Numbered from the stretch's first letter, positions 27,053 to 48,884 are shown. The stretch is DNA of 64,000 bases from the human T2T-CHM13v2.0 reference genome, Homo sapiens (GCF_009914755.1 NC_060925.1), one strand, 5' to 3'. Notes: generated by a model not told the origin, from the sequence alone. Translations and numbers: made by a program.

Positions 27053-30044
27053 TTTGAGCCATCCTCTTAATTATAATCTTACCCTGTTAGACAAGGAGGA
27101 GACTTCGCAGAAAGGTTAAGTAACTTGCTTACAGTCCATCCATGGCAGAGACCAGATGAGGCCTCGGTCTCCTGACTCTGAGACTGGTCCAGATTCAGCT
27201 GTGGCCCTCCTGAGTCTGTTCCTCTGGCAGCACGGCAGCTCTCTGCCCTCTTTGTTTGGGGTGGTCTCAGTGGGTGATTTTGGCTCTGCCTCAGGGTACA
27301 TCCACCATGCACTTTGAAAGGAGATATTCCTTTGGAATATTGTTGGGGGTTATGAAGCCTGGTTACCAGGATGACCTCTGCAGAGAATACTGATGCGACA
27401 AAGGAAAATACCCTTGATGACCTCTGCAAATGCTTGCCTGCCCTTTGAACTCAAAATGCTTCAGATAAGGATACACAAGAAATCGCAGACAGTGATGCCT
27501 CCCGGGGAGTAGGGGGAGGCATGCTTTTCACCGTATACTCTTTTGAATCTTTTGGACTTTGTTCCCTGTGCATGTAAAAAAATACTTAAAAATTAATTGT
27601 TAAATAATATTACAAGAATGCCTCAGACAGATTGCAACTAAAAACAAGACCCCATCTGGCTCTGCCATTAGATCATCTAGCCCTGCTTATGATAGCACTG
27701 CTTTTTGCTTCTCTTTCCTCCTGAAACCTGAAACTGAAAAGCATTGTGGAAAGGCTCTAAGGCTTGAGTGCAGAGGTAGACTCTGGTCTTGCTTCAGCAC
27801 TATCAGATTCCTCAGCAGGATGTGAAATGCTTTGCAACATTTTAAATGACATTAAGTAAGTGTAATTATGATTTAAACCCCACCTCTACCCCCAGTAAAT
27901 CACAGCCAGAGGAAGGAGAGAACTTTTGTCTAATAGGCTTCCCCTAGATTTGGAATAACCAATCAAAATGGCACTAAGCTTGTTACAAATGTAATATGCA
28001 TAATATAATCCCATTGTTAAGTACATGTTATTTAATGTATAGCTTAGCTGGGAGGATAGATACCAAATGTTAACAATGGCTGCTTTGGGTGATAGTGTTA
28101 CTGCTGATTTTTATTTTCTCATTTATCCTTTTCTTTATTTTCCAAATGTCTATGTATCTTAAAGTATCTGGGCTTCAACATCACAGTATTCTTAGCACAA
28201 AACATAAGGGAAAAGATGCTCACTTCCCATCTGAACATTCATTCACAAGCTGGTAGTGCAGTTCTGCCCACATTGGTCCTCTGCATTGAAGTACCTGCTG
28301 AACGAGGGGCTGCAGGCATTCTTGGTTTCCCAAAGCTATATTCCAGTAGATACAGGGACTTTTTGGTAGTTTTCAGAGCTAGAAAGCACACACAGATGGG
28401 AGGCACTGGTTTCTAGGATGGCTTCACAACAGAGGGCACAGTTGGCTAAAGTCAATTCCTGACCCAGACATTGACCATGAAGTGTTCTTGGGGCAAGTCC
28501 AGTTGACCTCGATAGCCTCGCTGATTGTTGCTTGGAGGGTAGGTGAAAAAGACACGGTTTCTTTCTTCAGGCAGTCTGGGTCCAGAGTTCAAGGAGTTTT
28601 ACAGTATTGGAAGAACAATGAAACTATATACAAGGCAAAATGTGAAAAATTCTACTACAGATGTACAAAGTGAACAGTAGAACAAAACAGTGTGTGGGGT
28701 TGGGGTATTCAGGCCTGAATAGGATCCACCTCTGTCCTGCATTATGAGTGTGACTAGGACAAGGTGCTATGCTACACTGAGTCACTGTTTCCTTGTCTTT
28801 AAAGCAGAAAGAACAATCCTTGAAGGGACCCTACAAGGAATAAAGAGGATGTGTGTAAGACTTCTAGAATAGTACTCACACACAGCAGGTACCCTACAAA
28901 AGGTGCTGGAAGTATTATTACTTTGGACACTGAGCTCACAAGGGCCACATTATAGTCACATTATCATTATCACTGCCCCCATTTGGAAAAAGTTCTAAAG
29001 AGCCGCCACAGATTTATAGATGAATGGATTCCAAAAAGCTCCAAGTTCTTGGCTCCACGTTTTCCTGTCAGATGCCATGTGAACAGGTCAATCTTCTTAT
29101 TGGCTAAAATAGACTTAAGCATCTTGCCATTGGAGATGTGCCTAGAATAGAAGGAGCCTGCTTAGCCTCTGGACATGTTTTCTTGTTTTCCAGGCCTTCA
29201 CATAACCTAATGTGTGGCTTATGTTTCAGGACCATGACTCAAATCCACTCTTTTGAAATTTCTATAGTAAGGCCCCTCCACCAGTCACTGAATTTGGCAG
29301 AGAAGCCCGGTGCTACTAGAGGGACAGGGAACAAGTGGAAATAAAGGAATAGAAGTTATAGTCCCTGACCCCAAGTGACTTTAGGTAGGAATGCTCAAGA
29401 GACTGGCGGGGGCAGGGTTGGGGGAGCTTTAAAATGTTTACAAAAAAAAATCAAGTGAATATAAGTAATTCAGTTATATCTAATTTCCATAGAAACTATG
29501 TTTCTGGAAATTGATAGGTCAGTATTTTTATTTATAAGGCACTAGGGACTCTTAGAAATCAGTAAGAGAGAGATATAACTTAGTAGAAAATAGGCAAAGG
29601 ATATGAGCAAGTAGTTCATTATTATTTGTAAAAAAAAAAAGTGATAAACCTATAAAAGGATGTTTAATCTCATTCATATCTAAAGAGATGCAGGACAAAC
29701 TAAGTATAAGATTGGTAAACATTTAGAAATTTAATAATACGGAGGGCTGATGTAAGGTGAGTAATATACTTCTTATACAATTGGTAAGAATATAATTTGG
29801 AATATCTGTTTTAGAGGGCAATTTGGCAATATTTTTAGCTGCATACTCTTTGACCCAACAATTCTGTTTATAGGAGTTTGCACTCAGGGATACACATCCC
29901 CCAAGTTATTTTAAGATCTATGTACAAGGATATTCACCACTGCATTGTTTGTCATAGCAAAAACCTGGAAACAAATCAAGTATTTATCAGTAGCGCAGTA
30001 CTAGGAGTAATAATAGCAGCAAAGGCAAGAATGAAAACGCTAGC

Positions 30045-30282
30045 AGTTAACATTTATTAAGCACTTACTGTGTAGCAGCCAGGCTCTAATGCCTGACATG
30101 AATTATCTCATTTAATCTTCACACCAATTCCATGACATAGGCATTGCTACTTTGACCATATTATAAATGAGGAAAATGAGACTCACAGAGGTTAAGAAAC
30201 TGTTCTAAAGTCACATAGAAGGTGTCAGAGAAGGATTCCGGGACAGGCAGTCTGGTTCCAGAACTCAAGCTCTTAACCACTA
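30045..30282 (-). mobile_element. MIR
   Basis: atgaggaaaatgagactcacagaggttaag core. Confidence 0.8.
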
Positions 30283-30642
30283 TCACACACACACATTCAC
30301 ATCCACATCTATACATATGCACATAACTGAATACTCTGAAGCAGTTAAAATAGTATAGTAAGTACAAAAGCATTAAAGAGTAAGAATTGTACATGTTGAC
30401 AGGAAAGATCTCTGAGATATATTATTAACTGAAAAGATCCATGTTGGAATAATGTGCTTCAGATAGCTGCCCTTTGTGTTAGTAAAAAAGGAGGTATGTC
30501 AACGCATCATCATCTCATTCTTGTCTACATTAAAAATAATAAATAAATAAATAAATAAAAGCATTAAAGGAATTGTCTGAAGGTTAACAGACTCCAGTAC
30601 AATTATAAATCTTTTTGTAACATAAAAATTATATCCATCTTG

Positions 30643-31046
<404 letters not shown>

Positions 31047-31104
31047 TTAAGAAAGTTTGGCATTAGCACTATCTTTTGGATAGACCCTATTCTTGACCTC
31101 TAAC

Positions 31105-31270
31105 TGTTAGCACCTCTTACCAACTCCGCATTTTAGTGATATCACATTGGAAGCTTGAAACTGGTCATTGCGGGAGTATTTATACCATGGAAATCAGCAA
31201 ATACTACAAATCGGGACTTTTTGTGTATAGGAAAGGAGTGGGAAGAGCTAGTTGCTAAACATTTACCACT
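31105..31270 (+). mobile_element. MER63-type (hAT-Blackjack) fragment
   Basis: ggagtatttataccatggaaatcagcaaatactacaaatc ... gttgctaaacatttacca. Confidence 0.65.
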
Positions 31271-32433
31271 TAATGGAACCAAACAGAAGTTCCCAAAATA
31301 GACCCACACATTTATGAACACTTGCTATATGACAGATGGGTTTATCAGGTCAGTAGGGGAGGACTGGACATCTCATTAAACAGTATGGGAAAACCAGGCA
31401 TCCACATAGAAAAATGAAATTGATCTCCCACCTCACAGCAAACCTCCCAAGTTAAAGTAAACTAAATATTTAAGAGGAATAGACAAAAATACAAGATTTT
31501 TAGGAGAAAATGTAGGACAAAATAATGACTTTACAGTAGGAAAGGATATTTTAAACAAGAAAAGACTGATACATTTGACTACATTAAAAGAAAAAATTTA
31601 TGTTCGTCAAAGGCATAATAACAAGCCTTACACTGAGAAAAAATATTTCTATCACACATAACAAAAAGAGAATTTGCATCAAAAATATTTTAAAAATACC
31701 TATAACTCAAAAGTAAAAGACACAACAGAAAAATGGGCATCACACTTGAATTGAATTTTCTACATGGCCAATAGACATTTAAAAACTTCACTTTATTAAT
31801 AATCAAGAAAATGCAAATTAAAACTACAATAGGATAAAATTTCATACTCATGAAATTGGCAACAATTCTAGAGACTGACAATATCAAACACTGGGGAGGA
31901 TACAGAGCAATGGTTATGTTCACATGGAATGGGTAGGAGTAAAAAATGATTCAATCACTTTAGAAAACAGTTTGGTATTTCACAATAGAGTTGAACATAC
32001 CCATATGATATGGCCTAGCAATTCTATTCTTATCTATACACCTATCTTAGAAAAACTCTTGCACATATTCATAAGGTGACATGATAATGATGTTCACGGT
32101 GGAATTGCTTTTTAAAGCAAAAAACCAAAAAACTGGAAATGACCCAAATACCAATCAAAAGCAGAATGTAAAAATACATTATGGCATGTTAATTCAATGG
32201 AATGCTATACAACAGTGAAAATGACATACAATCTCAGGTATCAACACAGACAAATCTCAAAAAGATAATGCTGAACAAAAGAAGCAAGACTCAGAATGAA
32301 TACAGTATAATTCCATTTATACAGAGTTCAAAACCAGTTAAAACTAAAAAAGTATATTGTAAAAATAACAGTATATTGTTTAGGAAGTCACTCATATGTT
32401 GTAAAACTATAAAAGAAAAGCAAGGGAAAACTC

Positions 32434-33021
<588 letters not shown>

Positions 33022-33289
33022 GGGAAAACTTATTACAACAGTTTAAGAGTGGTATATCTGGGCAGATGAAGAAGGTAGATGCAAACAGGGAGGAGCATAT
33101 GGGTGTCTTCTAAAGTTCTGTTTCCTAAGTTGGGTTATGGATAAATGTTGTTCACTTTATTTTTCAAATACTACATATACATTATACTTTCTTCTGCATA
33201 ATTATACATTTCATGGTAAAGAAAATGAAAAATCATATCAAATATCTACTCTACGGAAAGGTACTGTGGATGTTAAAATGACTCAGATT

Positions 33290-33815
33290 CCATCTCCACT
33301 CTGCTAAAATTACTTTCACTGAGGTCAGAGACTTCAATGTCACTAAAGGTAATAAACATTTTCAATTCTCATTTTCTTTGGTGTCTCAGCAGCATTCAAC
33401 ACTGCTGACCATTCTTTTCCTTGAAACAGTAAATACCCTTGGCTTTCATGAAACCATATTCTCCTGACCATTCCTTCTCAGTCTCCTTCAAAGGCTTGTC
33501 TCGTACCACCTAACCATTGAATATTGGAGCTCCTTAAGATACATCCATGAAACCCCATTTTTTCATATGCTGTTCTTTCTCTCTAGACACTCACATCTAT
33601 GCCTATGGCTTCAATTACCATCCATACATCAAAGATTTAGATCTTCAGCTCAGACCTCTCCTCTGAGTGAAGTATCCCATTATCTTGTCAACACCTCTAC
33701 TTGGATATTTCAAAATATCTAAATTTTAACCTGTTAAAATTGAAACTCATGATTTCCCTCCAAAACACTTCTTCTAATATTCCTTCTCAGTGAATGGCAC
33801 TGCCAGTCATCCTTG
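33290..33815 (+). mobile_element. L2 fragment
   Basis: tctcagcagcattcaacactgctgaccattc; ggcttcaattaccat; cagacctctcctctgag. Confidence 0.75.
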
Positions 33816-34770
33816 ACAATTTTACTTGATTAAAACAAATAGGCTTTTGTTTTTCCATCTATAGAATAAAATAACTCACTTTCTTTTCTTCCTAGGAAAA
33901 GGTTGAAAATGAGGAAAATAATTTTGGTGATGCCTGTAAGTTGAAATAAAATCTTTCAAAAAAAACCCCCACATCACCTGGTAATTTAGTTTTCCTACAT
34001 AGAGGTAGCTTAATAAAGTTAGTTCCTTTCCTTCTAATTAAGAGTTTTTCCAAAACACAACAGCAATACTATCTAATTATTTTCCTCTCTTTTAACCCCT
34101 TTATGTATTTTCTTGTCTCTTCTTTCCACTTCCCTTTTGCACACAATAGGGTCTTAAATTGTTTCTGATTTTTCTTTATTTCTTGTTTCTACTTTTTTCC
34201 TTATTTCCCTCATGGCCTACCTCTCTGTGACTGAATCAGAAGATGGTACTTCAATCAACAAATATTTATCGAGCACTCTGGGATAGAGTGATGAGCAAGA
34301 TAAAGATCCTACTCTGATGTGTTTTATGTCTGGAGTGGGGAGCAAACAATTATGAAGTAAATAGCATGAGCTAATTAAGGAATTAAAATTGAATGATATG
34401 AAGAATAACAGGTTGCTCTCTTAGATTGAGTGGTCAGGAAAGGCCTTTCTGAGGAGGTTATATTTAAATCTGAGACAAGGAGACAGTCATTGCATTACTT
34501 TGCATTAGTTGGTAATGAAGACCCTATGAGAGAAACAAACTTGGCATGTTTAATGGCTGCACAGTAGATGAGAGAGAAAACTGTATAAAATGAGATGAAT
34601 GTATGAATTAGATGAGACAGGGCTTTGTTTACCCAGAGTAAGAAATTGGAGTTCATTTATTTAAAAAAGTATTCTTTATAATACCTCTAGGATCGGCAGT
34701 GATGTCTTCCTTTTCATTCCTGATTTTGGTTATCTGTCTTTCGTTTTTTCTCCTCAATCAGTCTTTATAA

Positions 34771-35143
<373 letters not shown>

Positions 35144-35967
35144 TAAGTGTTTTCTATTTCATTAATTCCTGTTCTTGTCTTTATTATTTCTTTCCTTCTA
35201 CCTTCTTCAGATTTAATTTGTTGTTTTTTCCCCTAACTTCTTTAGATGAATTTAAAGCCATAAATTTTCCTCTAAGCTCAGCTTTATTTACTGAAAAGTT
35301 TATATATAGTATTTTTCATTATCAGTCAGGAATATTTTCTAATTTCCACTGTGATGGATTATATATGTGTACTGCTTAATTTCCAAATATTGGTATTTCT
35401 AGTCATCTTTTTCTTATTGAATGCTAACAATACACTGTGGTCAGAGAGCATAATTATGTGTGGTTTTAATTCTATGAAATTGTTGACACTAGCTCTGTGA
35501 TCCAGTATAGAGTCAACTTTTATAACTGTTCCTTCCATGTATGCTTGAAAATAATATTCTGCAGTTGTTAAGTACAGTGTTATATATATGTCCCTTAGTG
35601 AAATTTGACAATTGTGTTATTCAAATCTTACATATTCTTACTGGGGCTTTTTGTCTGCTTTTTATATCAAATGCTGAGAGAAGAATGTAAATATAAAACA
35701 CCTTGATAATGAATTTGTCTTTTTCCTTAGAGTTGTGGAATTTTTGCTTTAAGTATTTTGAGGTCATTTTATTTGATGAATATAAATTTAATATTCTTAG
35801 ATTTTCCTGGTAAATGGACATTTATTATTTTGAAGTAATCCCTTTTATTTCTAGAAGTATTTTCTGACTCATTATAATTTTGTCTATAATTAACATAGCA
35901 ATTGGGCTTACTTTTGGTATATATTTTCTTTACTATCTTTTCATTTTTAACTTTCTGTTTACTTACA

Positions 35968-36150
35968 TCAGGATTTCTCCAATCGTGATATTGGGGCCAC
36001 GTAATTCCTTGTGTGTGTGTGGCGGGGGGTGCAGTTCTATGCACTGTAGTTTACAATGGCACTTCCCCAGGTTATGACAACCAAAAATAAGTCCAGACAC
36101 TGTTAAATATCTTCTTGAGGGCAAAATCACCCACAGTTGAAAACTTACTG
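35968..36150 (+). mobile_element. MER20
   Basis: ccccaggttatgacaaccaaaaataagtccagacactg ... ggcaaaatcacccacagttgaaaac. Confidence 0.8.
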
Positions 36151-38043
36151 ACATATTTTAGGTGTGTCTTCTGTAAACAGCAGAGAGTTATAGTATTATT
36201 TTATCCAGTATGACAATCTTTGTCTTTTAATGGGAACATTTAGTCCATTTACATTTGATGTAATAGAGGCAAACTCTGTTTTTGTTTGCCTCAAAATGCC
36301 TTTAATTTTCCTTCTGGGATACCCATCTGAGATAAATTTTCCTTCTGCCTGGGTCTACTTGTCAGAAGAATAAATTTATTAGGCTTCTTTAATCTGTGGA
36401 TTGCTGTTTTTTATCAATTAAGGAAAATTCTCTGCTACCATCTCTTCCAATATCCTCTGTCCCAAAACTCTCTTTCCTTATCTTCTGGGACTTCCATAAG
36501 GGTATGTTAGTAGGTATTCTTATTCTGACCTGCATGTCTCTTACCCTATCTTGCATATGATCTATCATTTTCTCTTCTCTGCTACACTCTGGATGATTTC
36601 TTCAGACTCATCTTTCAGTTCTGACCTCAGCTGTATATGATCTACTGATTAATATGTTCACTGAGTTCATAATTTTGATGGTTATATTTTTCACTTTTGT
36701 AAGTTCTATTTAGTTTTAAAACAATCTGTTACAATACTTTTTATAGATTCCCTTCTTGCAGATATTTTCAAGCTCATTAAAAATCTCTTTATACATAGTC
36801 AGGATAGTTACTTTACAGTCTGTCTCATGATTGCAATTTCTGAAGTTTCTGTGGGACTCTGTTGTTTCTGCTGTTTACTACTCAGGGTATCTTGTTATTC
36901 TGTGAAAGTGTTATCTTTGACTGTTGGTCATTATACTAGAAAATAAATATTTTCAAGGTTAATAAATGTCCAAAGATAATGGCTCCATTCTCTAGAAATG
37001 ATTTTTTTTTGATTCTGTCAAGCACCAGAAACCACTACTAGTATGGAACCATCCTAGTCTATCTATGTCAAAAGTTTGAGGTTCCCTGGACTACCTGAGT
37101 AACACAAACTTGAGCTGCTCCAGTAATGGTTTACTTCTAGTTCACTCTTACTTTGAAGGTGGAGCACTTGAGATTCCTGGATTAAACAGGGAGGTGGTTT
37201 ATCAGATTTCTTACCCTGGGCAGGCTCTCAGCTTTGATTCCTGTCTTCCTTCCCCTATAAGACTACCAAAAACTCAGCCTGACTACACAGATATTTCATT
37301 CAGACTAGTAAATGCCTTCAGAGAGAGAGGTATTTTTAAAATTCATTATTCTAAGAGATAGTATTTTTATTTAAAAACAATTGCAGCAAATTTACATACC
37401 TAATAATCTTAACACTTTAAAAAAATGGTACAATCAATGTGTTTCATAGAAATAGATGAAGTTAAAAACAATGAAGTAGTCATCAGGTTAGCTTTCTCAG
37501 GAGCTGGCATTCCTGATACCTGTGGTCAGGTTTCTGGCCTGTCCCTGATCATGTGGGTCTAGAGCACAAACAAGGTGTGAGGGGGGAGAAAGAGGCTTTG
37601 AATGGTGAGTTTACCTCGTGGGTTCTTGTTTTACCCTAGATTTTGGCCCAAGCCTATTTTATTATTTTGTTACCTTTTTAGTACATGTAAGAAAATTTAA
37701 AAAATTTATTTCTCTCAGTTTTTTAAGTTGTCCTTGTCATCCTAATTATCTAGCTCGCCATTACTGGAAGTGAAAGTTTCTGGATTAAGTGTGATGGAAA
37801 GCTGGAGAGGGAGTGAATCAGTTAGTCTATTTTTGTCACATCACGTCAGAATCTGTTCACAAGCAAAAAGAATAACATATTTAAATCATCAACCAATAAG
37901 AAAATAGTTTGAATTGTATGAATTTATTTGCACTAGTTTGCTTCAAATGGAGCTGCACTAGTTTGCTTCACATGGATGTATGTTCTTTCTCCTGACTAGA
38001 CAGTAAGCTCTTGAAGATTAGATACCCTTTCTGTTTTTAGTAG

Positions 38044-38362
<319 letters not shown>

Positions 38363-41074
38363 TGTTTTTAGTAGGTTTTAAGTATATCTCTCATCCTTTC
38401 TCTAGGACCTGGGACAAAAAGATAAAATGCCAGTCTTCTTGACTTCCTTGTTACCATCCCAGGGCTTGAGAGCCCCAGGAGAGAACCAGACTCTCAGGAA
38501 TTCATCTCTTTCCCCATCTCCCACCTACTTGTTGTAGACCACTAGTTGAATACTGAGAACAATGAGAACTACTTTACATGAAGTTTGAGAACTTAATCAG
38601 AGTGCAAGAATATACAAGTAAGTAAATACAAATACAGAGTTTGATACTGTTCAATCATGAGTAGCTTAGAAGTCAAATTTTCTCATATACTCACTGCTGA
38701 AAGACATATAAATTGGGGTATATTTAAAAAATATACATCTAGAGCCATAGTATTTTACATAGGTTTTAACCCAGTAATTCCATGTTTATTAATTTATCTT
38801 TAAAATAATCCCAGGGGTTCACAAAGATTCAGCTACCTGAGTGGTCATTACAAGAGGGGAAATTGAAGATTTAAAATCCCATTGGTAAGGATTAGTAATT
38901 GTACTTTCATATAATAGAATATCATATTTAAGGACACAAAAAGGTTCATAGTAAGGTGATAAAATCAGTTTAAGAAAGAGTGTGTAACAAGATCTTTTTT
39001 TAAATAAGAAAATGTATGCACTCATAAATTTAAAAAACTAGAAGGATATAAAACAAAACATTAACAGCATTACTTCGGGGTGCTAGGATAACAGGTTTTT
39101 TCTTGACTATGCTTATTCCTCTCCCCCAAATCTTCTATAATGAAAATATATACTTTTGTAATAAAAATAACATTCATTATTAAAAAATAAACTAGAGTTC
39201 CCATATCTAATAGGCCACCTCAGACCAGCCCTTTCCAGGCCCAATCTATCTATCACTGGTTGGCAGAGAAGTCCACATTCTTCCAATTCTATAGTCTGTC
39301 CCACTTGGTCCATACATAGGTTTTTAGCCACCAGAAGAGTAACATTCATCCATCATTGGATAGGTGTCTCATAATATATATTTGGTGAACTGAACTGATT
39401 GCAGAGAGACAGAAATTTATTCACATAATGCTAACAGAATGTCACATACTTAAAACGTGATAGTTTTCTACCATTTTAAACTATCCTTATAGGCATTATA
39501 TTATCTCTCACACTCAAACTAAATAAAAATATTTTGAAGAATACCCAAAGGGGAAACTATTACTATAATGACCTCATGTATTTTCTCTGGAAGGTCTGTT
39601 TGTTGAATATTTAGTAGTTTTGTATAGTGCCGGTCAATAAGGCTTAATTGCCTCTGCTGCTGAATTGCTTGTCACATGGAGAGAATCAAACCTGCCCCCA
39701 CTCCTTTATGGAAAAAATGAATGCCTGGAATGAGCTGGAATTTCCAGGAAAAACATACCAGTTCAATTTGTATTAATCCCTGTGGGATTACTGCACTGAT
39801 GTCATTTTTAATATGCCTTACTCTTCCCCTCTGGTTGGCATGATCCATCATCTCTTTCCTCAGCTGGCTTTGCTGCTTTTCCTTGGAGAGCAGATTGTCT
39901 TTGTGAATGACTCTCTCAGGGAGCATGTGCAGGAGAAGCCAGAGCCTCACTCCATGGGAACGTAACAGACAGAGCTAAAGAATGGGCTAAGAACAGCCGC
40001 TGAATGGAACAGGTCATGCTGCTTCTCGAAGCTGAAAAGGCCAATCCTGTAAAAGAGTTGATGAGAGCACCTAATCGGGTTTGACCCCACAGCCTGTGTG
40101 TATGCAGAAAGGACTGGGAAATGTAGCTTTGCAAATGAGAAGGGTAGCGATATTCCAGGGCTGCTATCCAGACACACTTACTCACTCATCTGCTTGATTC
40201 AATTTTATTTGTACAAAGGGTTTGTTGAGGCAATGGGCAGACTAAGCCTTTAGGGATCAAGGGCTATGCAAATAAAACCTTAATGGAAGATTAAATCAGC
40301 TGATGTCCTCCTCAGTGCTATTTCCATTTGTAGGACTGGAACTGGCATTGGGGGAATGAATCATTTTTACTACATTTAAGCATTGATTTTAAAATACCTT
40401 CTTTACAAAAATAGTAGCCATTATAATTAAACAGGACTGGAAATACTCAGTAACAAACAACAAAAACCTTCCTTTATATAAAGAGAACAAACATCATATT
40501 ATGGTCACAGTTAAATAGCAAGCATGATAAATCAAGGCACTAACTATGGGGGTCCTTGTTTTGTTTATCACCCAATGAAGAACCAAGTCTTTCTTCACCT
40601 GGAGACTTCCATTTATTATGATTACTAGTGCAAAATAATTTCTAAATATGGAATGAATTACATTTCGATAATTATATGTCTTATTTAGCCAGCCAGCTTC
40701 ATTACCCAATATATTCATTTCTTTAAAAAGGAAGTTCTCAAAAGAATTAAAATTATTTTTCTGTGAATTATGGGAGAAATAAATAATCTGAAAGCTAGTA
40801 TAAATATGATATTCTCCTTGTACTGGTTTATATTTCACTAAAATATACTTAAATCACTAATCAAGAAATCTCAATATAATCATTTGTTCTCTCCCAGAAG
40901 AAATATTGCTGTTGATTATTATATCATTAACATTTAGTCTTTAAATTGAGAGACAACTAGAGAATAAACCTAGAGATTCTAAACTACCTTAAGATACTGC
41001 TAGTTCCCCAAAAATGCACAGAGAAACATACTGGAACATCTCTGTTTTTTGTTGTTGTTGTTGTTGTTGTTATA

Positions 41075-41845
<771 letters not shown>

Positions 41846-42139
41846 ACACAGACAGGTTAAGTAACTCGACCAGGGTTACAATTATAATTAGTAACTGGAA
41901 GAGCCAGAATTCTAGTTAGATTGGCCCTGGAGCCTTTCTCTTAACTATTAATTATATGATAACTTAAAAATCAAAGTGTTACTGTACAAATACACACACA
42001 CGTGCGTGCGCGTGCATTCAAACACTAAACATCACTTTTCCTTTTCTATTCAATTACCACCAGCTTTACCCTAAACTTTGGTGAAGAGGAATAAATAAAC
42101 AATACCTGAATCTTGAATCCTCATTCTGTATATAGAAAG

Positions 42140-42385
42140 CATGATCACTGATTGCCCTAATAAAACCAAAGTTATAGATTTAATCCTTGCACAGGCCAGC
42201 ACATTTCACACTGAAAAAACCCCTCACTAATACAGTGCCAGATATATGTACCCTATCTAGCCCCTACCCTAATAAGTGGCAAATTCTCAAGTTCGGTGCA
42301 ACTTATCTCTAATACTAGAAAACAAAACTTGAAAGAGTATTGATGATGCATCAGGAGCATAAATCTTGTAATTGAAGGATAGCAT
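42140..42385 (+). mobile_element. Possible MamSINE1-like ancient tRNA-derived SINE
   Basis: Loose resemblance to remembered consensus (ctaataaaaccaaagttatagatttaatcc...ggccag; tactagaaaacaaaact). Confidence 0.35.
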
Positions 42386-42503
42386 GGTTATTGAAAAATT
42401 CAGAAACAGAATTAAAAGCTTGACATAGATTTCAAAAGTAAGGCACTAATGCCCAATTAGTCACAAGCCAAAGTAAAGGCTGGCAGCATTTTTGTCTTTA
42501 TAG

Positions 42504-42955
<452 letters not shown>

Positions 42956-43774
42956 TAGGGCTACTATCTAACACTGAAGTATTGAAATATAGCCAGTCCA
43001 CTGACACTGGATACTGACATATAGGCAGAGAGAAATGACAACAGGAGCCTGAGGTGGCTTCCTCATGATGAATGAAATAAAGGAGACCGCAGGCAAAGTG
43101 GCTGGTGCAGGAGATTATTCAGGCCCAGCTAGTAAACAGTCACAGAAAAATCATTCAATGGCAACAATCTCAAAAGTGAAGCTCTTTATGAAGATTGTAA
43201 GTTTAAAAGACAGTTGCAAACACAGTCAGACTTTGCCAATAGTGACTACAACCTCAAACTAAAAGGCTTGTCTTTGAGCAGCAGGTGGTATGGTATTGGG
43301 GATGTATCAGTCTTTTTCAGTAAAACTGGCCTATATAGATAATAACAAAGTGTATTCACTGCTTTATTGTTGTTTTGATCCACTGTATGTAAACCATGAA
43401 CTTCAAATTATTTTCCTAATGAAAAAAGCTGTAATTATCCATCAAACTCTGTCTTCGAATGCCTCCTGTGGCCCAGAGTACATGACTGCAAGATGGATGA
43501 CCCAATGTTGTGTTTGTGGTCTACTGACAACTGAGTTATGGTGCTACTGAGGGTAATACAGCATGGCATTGTGAGAAACAGCATGGTATAATGGAAAAAC
43601 TTGAACTCATCATTTAGTATCTCTAGATCTCAGCTTGTTCATTAAATCCCTTAAATGTATATCTAAAAACTGAGTTGGCAGGGCTGTTATGAAGATTAAA
43701 ATGCCTGGCATATATAAGATACTAAATAAATAAGTGCCCATGCATCATGTTTACATATGTATTCTCTCTCTCTG

Positions 43775-43775
<1 letters not shown>

Positions 43776-43821
<46 letters not shown>
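43776..43821. repeat. Perfect (CA)n microsatellite, ~23 units
   Basis: Direct reading. Confidence 0.95.
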
Positions 43822-43822
<1 letters not shown>

Positions 43823-44479
43823 GAAAGGTTAACAGTTGAGGTTGATTTATTGCCCCAAATAACCTGCCCCAGGATAGATTATTGTAATTAGCCTCACTTA
43901 TTTTCAGTGTGGCCAGCAAGGACAGGGAGCAAAATCCTAATTCTGGGGTCAGACAGTCTGTAGTTAGTGGAGGCTTCTACAGTTTAAAAAGTTAGCATTT
44001 GTCAGATGTTCTCACTATTGTTTTGATCTTTATCTCAATGGTTCTGAATGTTTTATTCCTTGTTTGAATATTGGGATGTTTATCAAAGCAAACATTTAAA
44101 CACTGAAGCCCACTGACAAAGAATTTAAATAGACAGTAGGGCAGTTAAAGGGTTTATAGCCAAGATTCAGTAACTGGTTACAGCTCTGTACAACCATGGA
44201 TCTGCAGTAAATCACACTCTGGTCTGCCTTAGCCTTATTTTGAAATTCCTTTTCAACCCTCTGCCATTCTAATAGCAATGAATTACTCTCTAATTGTATG
44301 CTAGATAGCAAGGTGGGGAAGATCTAAATCTCCTAAATCCTGTTTTTAATTTATCACGTAGAATTTTGTTACTTTAAATGCAGATCTACTTTTTAACTAT
44401 TCACAAGCCATATTTTAAATGACAGAATTTCTTTAAAGAAAGGAATCTACTAGTAGTCAATATGTAAGTTCTCTAAAAA

Positions 44480-48385
<3,906 letters not shown>

Positions 48386-48884
48386 TAGAAGAGAAAAAAT
48401 ATTAAAGATAAAGGCTACCTAATGGAAAAGGGTAAAAACAGTGAACACAGCAGAAAACATGGAGAAGAGGCTAGAAGATTGAAAAGACTTTAGACACTGT
48501 CACTTTGTCCTTTGTGGAATGCTTGCCCAGTGTAAAGCCCTGTATAGCATAGTGTTTAATAGCATGGCCTTTTGAAATCAAACTGTCTGCCTTGGTTCAG
48601 GTCCTGGCCCCATTATTTACTAACTGCATCACTTTGGCCAAGTTACCTAACTTCTCTGTGCACTTCCCATTTAAAACAGAACCCCCATTATGGGAGTTGC
48701 TATGAAGAATAAATGAGTAAATACATTTCAAATGCTTACACCAGTGCCTGGCACATAGTAAAGACTACATACATGTTTGCCGAAATTATTATTATACATG
48801 TTATATTAGTTGGTTGTTGTCTTTACTAAGTCATAATATTTTCTCTCAAAATGAGCTAAGCAGTATGATAAGTGACTACCCTCA

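Noticed and set aside
30500-30560. (TAAA)n tail suggesting a retrocopy
   Set aside because: No TSD and no recognisable source transcript.
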